IMG/VR virus record: IMGVR_UViG_3300044701_003160 | Span: 155,019-219,018 of that record | DNA length: 64,000 nt | Reading direction: 5' to 3' (one strand) | Part shown: in pieces, positions 56,882 to 63,810 of the stretch | Layout: each line of letters opens with the position of its first letter | Position numbering within the stretch: position 1 is the stretch's first letter | The notes under the pieces: generated by a model | What the model was told of the DNA's origin: nothing | What the model saw: the letters and a program-made list of their open reading frames with translations, nothing else | The model's database searches: none | Program-made: the position numbers and the translations under genes

Positions 56882-57057
56882 TTAGTAGATGCTTTTAATA
56901 TCTCTAATTGTTTGTAGTTATTGCGGAACACTAATACCAGTGGAGAATTTCTACCTGGTGATGGTGGAAACTTCACAACAACATAAGTTTCACATACAAA
57001 ATTAATCACACCATAAGATCCTTTATAGGTGACTTCAGTACCTTCTGCAAAAATCAT
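56878..57057 (-). CDS. Hypothetical protein (59 aa)
   Basis: Hand-translated MIFAEGTEVTYKGSYGVINFVCETYVVV...; ATGA overlaps. Confidence 0.65.
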   Translation of the reverse strand: MIFAEGTEVTYKGSYGVINFVCETYVVVKFPPSPGRNSPLVLVFRNNYKQLEILKASTK

Positions 57058-57353
57058 ACGAAAAACTGATCTAGTGGTGATTGTTTAAGTTGCATTGCAG
57101 TATAATTTCGTGTGTTCTTATAGTCCACTTCTTTGCCGACTGTAGAACTATTTACGGGAGCAAAATACTTACATTTCTTAAAGTTGTAAAAACCCCAAAT
57201 GCAACGAACAGATTTGCCGTTGTTGTAATCATAAACTCTATGATCTCTCAACCAAATTGAAAATACATTGTTCTTGAACTCCTCAATTTCATATGTGTAA
57301 TTTTTAGGTGCTTTGTGAGTGAAAGAAGGAATAAGATCAATAGAGAGTTTCAT
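57054..57353 (-). CDS. Hypothetical protein
   Basis: MKLSIDLIPSFTHKAPKNY...CIWGFY...NTRNYTAMQL. Confidence 0.75.
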   Translation of the reverse strand: MKLSIDLIPSFTHKAPKNYTYEIEEFKNNVFSIWLRDHRVYDYNNGKSVRCIWGFYNFKKCKYFAPVNSSTVGKEVDYKNTRNYTAMQLKQSPLDQFFV

Positions 57354-57520
57354 CAACAATCGTAGTATTTGTCGCGTGAGAGTAGTTTAATCTGTTCTTG
57401 GAGTTTTAGAATCTCCTGCTGCTGTTCTGTAATCTTTTGTTGCAAATGACTAATGCGGTCTTGGTATTGATCTTTGAGTTCAGATAACATCGGATTGATA
57501 TGTGATACGTTTATGGTCAC
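57353..57520 (-). CDS. Coiled-coil peptide (55 aa, GTG start)
   Basis: Hand-translated (M)TINVSHINPMLSELKDQYQDRISHLQQKITEQQQEILKLQEQIKLLSRDKYYDC. Confidence 0.6.
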   Translation of the reverse strand: MTINVSHINPMLSELKDQYQDRISHLQQKITEQQQEILKLQEQIKLLSRDKYYDC

Positions 57521-57750
57521 GTTGTAAATGCCTCTACAATTCTGGATTCTTCTTCATCTGCAAGAGCAAACCTTTGTGCATTTACTACAGATTGCATAAT
57601 TGAAAGATCATACTTATCAAGGTAATTGTCTCTCCAGTTCAATAGAATGTCGTGAACCTCATTATCATCAGCACCAATAACTGCAATCAAACCAGAATAC
57701 TCTGATGCAGGAAAAGGAACCCAGAAATCAACCAAATACAGATACTTCAT
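57517..57750 (-). CDS. Hypothetical protein
   Basis: MKYLYLVDFWVPFPASEYSGL...; start trimmed to the ATG at 57750. Confidence 0.75.
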   Translation of the reverse strand: MKYLYLVDFWVPFPASEYSGLIAVIGADDNEVHDILLNWRDNYLDKYDLSIMQSVVNAQRFALADEEESRIVEAFTT

Positions 57751-57770
57751 TGTGTGTTGTAAATTACTCC

Positions 57771-57884
57771 TTAAGTGTACCACTCATCATCACCTTCGTC
57801 AATAATGTTTTTATCAGCAGCAACTATAAATGCTGTACCAAGTGCTACAAGAACTCCAAGTCCTACGCCAAGAAAAAAAGTCAT
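57771..57884 (-). CDS. Single-TM peptide (37 aa)
   Basis: Hand-translated MTFFLGVGLGVLVALGTAFIVAADKNIIDEGDDEWYT. Confidence 0.5.
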   Translation of the reverse strand: MTFFLGVGLGVLVALGTAFIVAADKNIIDEGDDEWYT

Positions 57885-58030
57885 CGCTTTACAGAAAGAT
57901 TAGTGAATTCGGAAATGAAATAGTCAACAGTAATACCCAACTTTGATGCTTGTTCTTCAAGTTCAACAACAAGGTCCTCATGTAGTTTATCTACTTGAAG
58001 ATCCTTGCGGTTCTCATCATAATCAATCAT
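57881..58030 (-). CDS. Hypothetical protein (49 aa)
   Basis: Hand-translated MIDYDENRKDLQVDKLHEDLVVELEEQASKLGITVDYFISEFTNLSVKR. Confidence 0.65.
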   Translation of the reverse strand: MIDYDENRKDLQVDKLHEDLVVELEEQASKLGITVDYFISEFTNLSVKR

Positions 58031-58194
58031 CGTGCTTGCTCCTTTTGTTGGGTGTAAACTTTATCAAACCAGCGAGTAAGAATATTATCGCAGATTTGAT
58101 ATTCTTTGCCGTTTAATGGTGCTTTGTGCATCTGCCAGTATCTGACTGCGTGAAAGATGATTTTCCTTTCCTCTTCAGTTAAATCTTGATTCAT
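58027..58194 (-). CDS. Hypothetical protein (55 aa)
   Basis: Hand-translated MNQDLTEEERKIIFHAVRYWQMHKAPLNGKEYQICDNIL... Confidence 0.65.
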   Translation of the reverse strand: MNQDLTEEERKIIFHAVRYWQMHKAPLNGKEYQICDNILTRWFDKVYTQQKEQAR

Positions 58195-58288
58195 CTTTTG
58201 GTCGTATCACCTTGAAATAGTATGTTAAGGATCCTACCACAAAGGCGATCAAAAGTAAATAAAGCGTGATTGCAATAACAGCGATCAT
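58175..58288 (-). CDS. Single-TM peptide (37 aa)
   Basis: Hand-translated MIAVIAITLYLLLIAFVVGSLTYYFKVIRPKDESRFN. Confidence 0.5.
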   Translation of the reverse strand: MIAVIAITLYLLLIAFVVGSLTYYFKVIRPKDESRFN

Positions 58289-58419
58289 TTCATTTGTTGA
58301 ATTGCCTGTTGTTTGTAGTATGCACGATAGAGAGCATCATCACGTTGAATGAGAAATGCGTTCCATCCAATAATTGCTCCAAGAGCAATGAGAGTGTATG
58401 CAATGTACTTGGGTTTCAT
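58285..58419 (-). CDS. Single-TM peptide (44 aa)
   Basis: Hand-translated MKPKYIAYTLIALGAIIGWNAFLIQRDDALYRAYYKQQAIQQMK. Confidence 0.55.
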   Translation of the reverse strand: MKPKYIAYTLIALGAIIGWNAFLIQRDDALYRAYYKQQAIQQMK

Positions 58420-58422
58420 AGA

Positions 58423-58833
58423 TCAAACAGCAAGAGCAGCAGAGGGGATTTCAACGATTTCAGGCAGTTTGTCATCTTCAAACTGGTGCATATTATAGCA
58501 CACCCATTCACCATTACGGAAGACATAGGCATACTCTTCACCATCACACAGGTATTCGGCCAGGTTAGCATCAAGGCGAGGAGGGCAGTCTTCGCCACGC
58601 TGAGAATAGTATTGAGGACCATAAACTCCCACAACACCACTTTCATCCCAACGGTCATCAGTCCAGCAGGAGGACATATCACCACCGTCAATCAGTTCCT
58701 CGGCAAGTGATTTAGCGTTGTAGTGAGTCTTCAAGATGCGACCCAACCATTCGGGTGCGCCATCCCAGTGATGATATGCAGACAGAATAGAACCATCGGA
58801 GAGTTCAAGACCAATTCGGCTTCTAGTGGCCAT
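58423..58833 (-). CDS. Conserved phage hypothetical protein, first gene after repeat copy 11
   Basis: MATRSRIG...SAYHHWDGAPEWLG...LIDGGDMS...EEYAYVF. Confidence 0.8.
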   Translation of the reverse strand: MATRSRIGLELSDGSILSAYHHWDGAPEWLGRILKTHYNAKSLAEELIDGGDMSSCWTDDRWDESGVVGVYGPQYYSQRGEDCPPRLDANLAEYLCDGEEYAYVFRNGEWVCYNMHQFEDDKLPEIVEIPSAALAV

Positions 58834-58851
58834 TTCCAAAAAGTGTTGCTT

Positions 58852-58881
58852 ACACTATAGATGCACTTTCAGGGGCCCAAA
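58852..58881 (-). repeat. 30-bp repeat, copy 11
   Basis: TTTGGGCCCCTGAAAGTGCATCTATAGTGT; supplies the TGA stop of the upstream ORF. Confidence 0.92.
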
Positions 58882-59255
58882 ACTTCAACGCAAACAAGGT
58901 CTTTATATTTTTTCCATTCACCAAGTTGTAACTTTCTCAATCCAAGTTTATTGTATCCATTTTTTATTCTCCAAGGTTGAAGTGCTTTCACAATTTCAAC
59001 TCTCCCATCCTTATAAGTTATTTTCCAAGTTTTTGCTCTTGGATTATTCCCACCTTTGTATTGTTTATTTCTTTCTATCGCCATCATTCGTTGTATTTCT
59101 TTTTGATGGGGAGGACAAGTTCCGTTCTTTCCTTTATTCCAAGGAATATGACCTTTCTGAAAATAACACCAGTCTCCTTTCCACCCATCTTCTATTGGTT
59201 CCCAGCAATCATCTGGGACTACAACATACTTTAGTCCTTCAAAAATGTCTTCCAT
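58869..59255 (-). CDS. NUMOD-type DNA-binding protein lacking a nuclease domain
   Basis: GHIPWNKGK, GGNNPRAKTWKITYKDGRVEIV...; own late promoter. Confidence 0.7.
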   Translation of the reverse strand: MEDIFEGLKYVVVPDDCWEPIEDGWKGDWCYFQKGHIPWNKGKNGTCPPHQKEIQRMMAIERNKQYKGGNNPRAKTWKITYKDGRVEIVKALQPWRIKNGYNKLGLRKLQLGEWKKYKDLVCVEVLGP

Positions 59256-59260
59256 CTGCT

Positions 59261-59334
59261 TTAATCGTGGTTACATTTATTTATATGAGAAAAGGGTCAT
59301 AAAGACCCCCTTCTGCTTAAACAACCACGATTAA
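59261..59334 (-). promoter_or_regulatory. Nested hairpin with an internal late promoter
   Basis: Perfect 12-bp arms TTAATCGTGGTT/AACCACGATTAA; inner GGGTC-TTTAT-GACCC-TTTT; TATAAATA at 59285-59278. Confidence 0.8.
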
Positions 59335-59519
59335 GCGTTAATATTTATTGTAGTATTATCTCCAACATAGGAAAGAGACCTTACAAACAACTCAGTAAAT
59401 CTTTCTTGCTTTTCTGGATGAACTGATGCTGGACTATCGTTAATTGCCTTGCGAAGATCGTCCAACTCTTTCCACTCTTCTTTTGTGAGTTCCTGTTGAC
59501 CTCTTTTTGAGTAACTCAT
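59331..59519 (-). CDS. Hypothetical protein
   Basis: MSYSKRGQQELTKEEWKELDDLRKAINDSPASVHPEKQERF... Confidence 0.7.
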   Translation of the reverse strand: MSYSKRGQQELTKEEWKELDDLRKAINDSPASVHPEKQERFTELFVRSLSYVGDNTTININA

Positions 59520-59608
59520 AATTATTTGCGATTTATGTGGATATCCTAACACTATCTATGAGATTTGTGTTATTTCTTAATATTCTCTTCAGGGTGTCGT
59601 AACACTTC

Positions 59609-59830
59609 TTAATCGTTAAAGAATGTACCAAAAGACCCACTACTTCCTGGTTTCCTATCCTCCAACATATCCATCAGTTCTTCAATTTTTTTAGTATTTT
59701 CGATATCTAAAAGAATTTTGGATAACTGGTGAATAACATTTTCTTTTTCATTTGTTGCAGCATATTTAATAGCGGCACGAAGATGTGATTGTGCTTCTAG
59801 AAGATGATCTAGAGTTTGCTTAGACAGCAT
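59609..59830 (-). CDS. Hypothetical protein
   Basis: 73-aa helical ORF. Confidence 0.7.
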   Translation of the reverse strand: MLSKQTLDHLLEAQSHLRAAIKYAATNEKENVIHQLSKILLDIENTKKIEELMDMLEDRKPGSSGSFGTFFND

Positions 59831-60314
59831 TTGTTTTCCTCAAAGTATAGGAACCATCACCATTATCTACCCATTCTACCACATCACTTTCTTTAAGATT
59901 TGCTGCTTCCAGTAAGTCATCAGGAAACTGCACATAATATTCTCCACCTGCATCATCAACTTCAACAGGAAGCTGCCACTTGACTACTTTATCTTCTTTA
60001 ATCACATCATCCTTCCAAAAACTATCCCAAGAGTTCATACAATAATCACTAGTATCATTAGCATCACAGACATTCATACTATCATATTGGTCTGAGAAAT
60101 AAGTCGGATAATCACTCAAATTAAACTGAACTGTTCCATTCAAAAGCGAAAGAAGTTCATTAGTTTTTGATGCACCATCTTTATAGTAATAGTACTGTTC
60201 TCGAACTACATTTTTAATTGTATCATAAATCTCCTGTGGCGATGCCTCACCAGCAGAAAGTGCATCGTGCAACCAGTTTTCTAAATTTTCAAGCGAATAC
60301 TTTTTATAATCCAT
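59820..60314 (-). CDS. Protein with a C-terminal AbrB/MazE-like DNA-binding domain
   Basis: YYVQFPDDLLEAANLKESDVVEWVDNGDGSYTLRK. Confidence 0.7.
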   Translation of the reverse strand: MDYKKYSLENLENWLHDALSAGEASPQEIYDTIKNVVREQYYYYKDGASKTNELLSLLNGTVQFNLSDYPTYFSDQYDSMNVCDANDTSDYCMNSWDSFWKDDVIKEDKVVKWQLPVEVDDAGGEYYVQFPDDLLEAANLKESDVVEWVDNGDGSYTLRKTNAV

Positions 60315-60316
60315 AA

Positions 60317-60452
60317 TCAATCTTTGGGTTTAGGTTTGTTGCAGTCGTTGCAGTAATAAGAATAACCTTCTGTGAATGATTTTACCACCTGAAAGTTCTC
60401 TGCGTCAAGTTTTTTCTCTTCTCCACACTTACTACACGTCCTCTGTTTTTTT
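60317..60452 (-). CDS. Zinc-finger coding segment without a clear own start (possible frameshift extension)
   Basis: CSKCGEEK...FQVVK...YYCNDCNK in the +1 frame relative to the upstream ORF, joined at an A7 run. Confidence 0.5.
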
Positions 60453-60614
60453 GTAGGTCTTTCTTGCTTTTTTGAGTTCCTTGAGTTCCATCTTAATATT
60501 CTTATAAGCAACTTCTGCATCAATACGGCCTCCAAGTTCCATCGCACAAATAATATCCACTCTTGTACCAAAATGTGCTAGTGCTTTTTCTAGTGAAGAG
60601 AGGTCTTCGTACAT
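60432..60614 (-). CDS. Hypothetical protein
   Basis: [29 protein letters not shown]...; TAATG overlap with petF. Confidence 0.7.
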   Translation of the reverse strand: MYEDLSSLEKALAHFGTRVDIICAMELGGRIDAEVAYKNIKMELKELKKARKTYKKTEDV

Positions 60615-60904
60615 TATAGGTTTTCCTCTTGCTCCGTTTCAATCACACAATCCTCCAGAGGATATGCAACACAAAGCAAAGTAAATCCTTGTTCCATTTG
60701 ATCATCATCAAGGAAAGTTTGTTCGGAATTATCTACCTCACCCTCTACAACTTTGCCTGCACAAGCACTACAAGCACCTGCACGGCAAGAATAAGGTAGG
60801 TCAATACCAGCATCCTGTGCTGCCTCAAGAATGTATTGGTCTTCCTCACATTTGATAGTTTGTTCGGTTCCATCAGCGGAACGAAGAGTAATAGAATAAG
60901 TCAT
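60614..60904 (-). CDS. petF: Plant-type [2Fe-2S] ferredoxin (auxiliary metabolic gene)
   Basis: [17 protein letters not shown]...[10 protein letters not shown]...LLCVAYP. Confidence 0.97.
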   Translation of the reverse strand: MTYSITLRSADGTEQTIKCEEDQYILEAAQDAGIDLPYSCRAGACSACAGKVVEGEVDNSEQTFLDDDQMEQGFTLLCVAYPLEDCVIETEQEENL

Positions 60905-61137
60905 CGTAGTTTTTCTGCGTTAATTGGTAAGTTATAAGGCTCAGACATAAGAATATCTATACGATTATCAATTGCCTCTAATGAGTTCATCAATTCATAA
61001 ATGAGATTTGTACTCTCAATATTTTCTTCTTCAAGTTTTGCAACTCTTCCTTCAAGTTCTTTTACTCTATCTAAAATAGAGGTATTAGATTTACTCACTT
61101 GGTATGGAGTTAGAAAGTTATCAATCCATTTAAACAT
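60901..61137 (-). CDS. Coiled-coil hypothetical protein
   Basis: [28 protein letters not shown]. Confidence 0.7.
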   Translation of the reverse strand: MFKWIDNFLTPYQVSKSNTSILDRVKELEGRVAKLEEENIESTNLIYELMNSLEAIDNRIDILMSEPYNLPINAEKLR

Positions 61138-61286
61138 CAAATTACTCCAACAGATTTAAGATATCTGCGATACGCCATAAAGCGTCCCACAGATGGTTGC
61201 CCTTTAACATTTAGTTGATAACAAATCTCACAATATTGAAGAAAATCGTACCAGGGAGTTGTCTCATCATAAACGTGATAATTCAT
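61137..61286 (-). CDS. Hypothetical protein (49 aa)
   Basis: Hand-translated MNYHVYDETTPWYDFLQYCEICYQLNVKGQPSVGRFMAYRRYLKSVGVI; TGATG overlap. Confidence 0.65.
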   Translation of the reverse strand: MNYHVYDETTPWYDFLQYCEICYQLNVKGQPSVGRFMAYRRYLKSVGVI

Positions 61287-61456
61287 AGCATATCTCTCCA
61301 AAATTCATCACCTTGGCGTAAGGATACTACAACAGTAGTGTGTTCTCGTGCGTGTCTATCAAGGTCATTTTTTGCAAGATACAGATTAGACCTTTCTACA
61401 GCACAACGAAACACATCAGTCCACAGTTGTTGTTTGGGTGTTAGTCTTAGTTTCAT
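61283..61456 (-). CDS. Hypothetical protein (57 aa)
   Basis: Hand-translated MKLRLTPKQQLWTDVFRCAVERSNLY... Confidence 0.6.
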   Translation of the reverse strand: MKLRLTPKQQLWTDVFRCAVERSNLYLAKNDLDRHAREHTTVVVSLRQGDEFWRDML

Positions 61457-61543
61457 TGTGTAGTTCCTTAAGTGCTTTCAATACTTCGGGAGTTTCTTCC
61501 CATTCAAAGACTGTTCCCGATTTAGTTGTAAAAGTTCGCGTAG

Positions 61544-61753
61544 TCATAGTTTTTCAAAGCAGACAGAGTTAAATTTAGCACGTATTCCTCTCAAATGCAA
61601 CTTAGTGTGTTGAGAGTGAACTTCAACTTTTTCAACATAATACTTATAACCTTCTATAAGTACTCCTCTTGGGTCATCATTATTTCCCCAGTTTATTTGA
61701 TCTTGAGTGCATCCAATGTATTTTACAAGATTTCCTACTCTAAAGTTTTCCAT
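61544..61753 (-). CDS. Hypothetical protein (SH3/KOW-like beta composition)
   Basis: FRVGNLVKYIG...QINWGNNDDPRG. Confidence 0.75.
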   Translation of the reverse strand: MENFRVGNLVKYIGCTQDQINWGNNDDPRGVLIEGYKYYVEKVEVHSQHTKLHLRGIRAKFNSVCFEKL

Positions 61754-61952
61754 CTACAGTTGAAGTATAACTAACCTCAACTTCATTTAGGCGATTTTCT
61801 TGTTTTAGTTTCAACATAAATCGCGTAGCACTTACACAGTTTTCTTCAGTTAGTGATGTAACAATACATTTCCCTTCTGGTGTGTAACTGTCCCAAGTGC
61901 CCCACTTTTTTTCTTCAATATAAAAACAATCATCAATCAGTTTTTTATCCAT
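61740..61952 (-). CDS. Hypothetical protein
   Basis: 70-aa ORF ending YTSTVDGKL. Confidence 0.75.
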   Translation of the reverse strand: MDKKLIDDCFYIEEKKWGTWDSYTPEGKCIVTSLTEENCVSATRFMLKLKQENRLNEVEVSYTSTVDGKL

Positions 61953-62094
61953 AATGACTCAATTGCCTCTTCAATTCTACTTGCATTTGTATGAGATGAC
62001 CGTATAAGAATTGTTGATACTCGTTACCTTGCAAAAGTTCTGTAAGACTATCAATCTGCATCAATCCCAGAATTAATTTTTCCTTTTCGGTCAT
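61945..62094 (-). CDS. Hypothetical protein (49 aa)
   Basis: Hand-translated MTEKEKLILGLMQIDSLTELLQGNEYQQFLYGHLIQMQVELKRQLSHYG; ATGA overlap. Confidence 0.6.
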   Translation of the reverse strand: MTEKEKLILGLMQIDSLTELLQGNEYQQFLYGHLIQMQVELKRQLSHYG

Positions 62095-62411
62095 TTTGAT
62101 TTGGGTTTAGATTTACGAGTGCGACTAACATTTCCAACGGCATCCAAGTCTTTGGTATTCCTTCTAGGTCTACTTGTACCTCCATCACTACTTTTCGTAG
62201 TTCCTTGTTGTAATTTTTTCTTGTCTGTTTTACTAGTCCTAGTGGGTTTCTCATCTCTGTATAGAACCTTTATGTTCTTCGGTTTAAGTTTAGTACGGGT
62301 AATGTATTTTTGCAAGTCATAATCATCTTTGAACCAAGCAATTCGATTTTCTTGAAGAACTTCTAGCCTGACTGGATGATTTTCATATGGGAAGAGTGAG
62401 GTATCAATCAT
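62091..62411 (-). CDS. Hypothetical protein with a basic disordered tail
   Basis: 106-aa ORF; ATGA overlap. Confidence 0.7.
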   Translation of the reverse strand: MIDTSLFPYENHPVRLEVLQENRIAWFKDDYDLQKYITRTKLKPKNIKVLYRDEKPTRTSKTDKKKLQQGTTKSSDGGTSRPRRNTKDLDAVGNVSRTRKSKPKSK

Positions 62412-62806
62412 CGTTGACCTGTGATGTTCTCGTATCCCATAAGTTTACCATAGTGCAGGTGTAACTGTAAAGTCGGCCAGTCTTCATAGCGTCCTTCCCA
62501 AGTTCCTGGATACACTCTAACATACTCAGAAAGCATTACAGGTCTTACTGCACCACGAACTCCATTACGTTTCCAAGTGAAGTTAAGAAATTTTTTATCA
62601 CTATTATATCCCTCATCACCTTCTTGTAGTTCTACAAAGTCAGCAGTATGAGAGTAATCAATCATATACAAGTATCCAGCAGGGCAAATCCAGTAGTGAC
62701 TCATAGTCCCACCCAGACCTTTTTCCATATCTTTCGTCTGAAGTTCTACATCTGTAAATTGTGGTCCAAGGTCATAGGATGAGCGGACGTAATCAAACAT
62801 ACCCAT
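62408..62806 (-). CDS. Hypothetical protein
   Basis: MGMFDYVRSSYDLG...QTKD...YW; start trimmed to the ATG at 62806. Confidence 0.75.
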   Translation of the reverse strand: MGMFDYVRSSYDLGPQFTDVELQTKDMEKGLGGTMSHYWICPAGYLYMIDYSHTADFVELQEGDEGYNSDKKFLNFTWKRNGVRGAVRPVMLSEYVRVYPGTWEGRYEDWPTLQLHLHYGKLMGYENITGQR

Positions 62807-62807
62807 A

Positions 62808-62951
62808 TTACTTAAAGACCGCAGTAACACCAATCACTTTGGCTGACGGATTGCGGGCAAGTGCTGTCTCTCGTGCAGTTTGATAATTGGTTGCCTCTAC
62901 AGTTTCAGTAAAGACCTTTCCACCCACATACAGTTTTACTTCACACTTCAT
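62808..62951 (-). CDS. Hypothetical protein (47 aa)
   Basis: Hand-translated MKCEVKLYVGGKVFTETVEATNYQTARETALARNPSAKVIGVTAVFK. Confidence 0.7.
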   Translation of the reverse strand: MKCEVKLYVGGKVFTETVEATNYQTARETALARNPSAKVIGVTAVFK

Positions 62952-63312
62952 CGTTCGTCTCCTCAATATCTACAAGGTCTTTAAGATTATCAAATATATC
63001 TTTGGTAAATGGAACTGTTTTGACTTTACCAGTATCAACATCATTCGCCATTTGCATCAATTCCTCAAGAAAATCTTTAGGATAAATTTCATCTTCCAAA
63101 CTATCCCAAAAGTTATCAATACACCACTCAAGGTCATCATCTTCCTTAAGAATACCATATCCTTGGTAATTGTTTCCCATTAAGTCTCCCCAATTCTTGA
63201 ACGCATACCAACAATTATACCATCCTTGAAGAATACAAGAGTTCCAGATATATTCAGGCCAAGAGAGTTTGACTTTATTATTATCAGTTCCTAAGAGTGG
63301 TTTGCTAAACAT
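62941..63312 (-). CDS. Hypothetical Trp-rich protein
   Basis: MFSKPLLGT...WPEYIWNSCILQGWYNCWYAF. Confidence 0.7.
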   Translation of the reverse strand: MFSKPLLGTDNNKVKLSWPEYIWNSCILQGWYNCWYAFKNWGDLMGNNYQGYGILKEDDDLEWCIDNFWDSLEDEIYPKDFLEELMQMANDVDTGKVKTVPFTKDIFDNLKDLVDIEETNDEV

Positions 63313-63577
63313 CTTCTTCTCCAAGTGCTACCTTAAGTGCGGTTTGAATAACCAAATAAGAATTCATAAACTCTTCCATATCTTGTCCTCCTGCAGCGAT
63401 GTAATCTAATTCGTGCAGAGCATCCTGATAGAGTTCATTTGCTGCTTCACGTTTTGCTGCTTCTTCGTTCATCTTGCGGAGTTTCTCTTTTGCATATTCC
63501 GTTAATTCTTTTTTGGATTTTCGTAAAGTATCAACTTCTTCTTGAGTGAGATTAACCCAAGGCATTTCCTCATTCAT
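63305..63577 (-). CDS. Hypothetical protein
   Basis: 90-aa helical ORF. Confidence 0.65.
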   Translation of the reverse strand: MNEEMPWVNLTQEEVDTLRKSKKELTEYAKEKLRKMNEEAAKREAANELYQDALHELDYIAAGGQDMEEFMNSYLVIQTALKVALGEEDV

Positions 63578-63810
63578 TCTGTAAGTCCTACTTTGGTTTC
63601 GTGAAGTCTTCCCATATTATAACCATTCATGTAGGCCGAGTGCAACCACTTATACATCAGGTCTTTTAATGTATTTTCATCTTTCACTTCACAGTCACCA
63701 AAAAAATATTCGCTGCGGAGTGAATAACCACCATAGAGGTCGTTAAACCATTCCACAAATGCCTCTTCGGCATAATCGTCCCATACCCAATCTGCGGTAG
63801 GATGAGTCAT
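63574..63810 (-). CDS. Hypothetical protein
   Basis: AFVEWFNDLYGGYSLRSEYFFGDC; start trimmed to the ATG at 63810. Confidence 0.7.
   Translation of the reverse strand: MTHPTADWVWDDYAEEAFVEWFNDLYGGYSLRSEYFFGDCEVKDENTLKDLMYKWLHSAYMNGYNMGRLHETKVGLTE

Noticed and set aside
58416-58710. Alternative ORFs 58416-58691 (-) and 58294-58710 (+)
   Set aside because: They overlap the motif-bearing 58423-58833 gene and are treated as shadows.
44667-58881. 30-bp repeats as a CRISPR array
   Set aside because: The spacers are hundreds to thousands of bp long and contain intact genes, and no cas genes are visible.
62051-62254. 67-aa minus-strand ORF
   Set aside because: It overlaps the better-coupled 62091-62411 and 61945-62094 ORFs in another frame.
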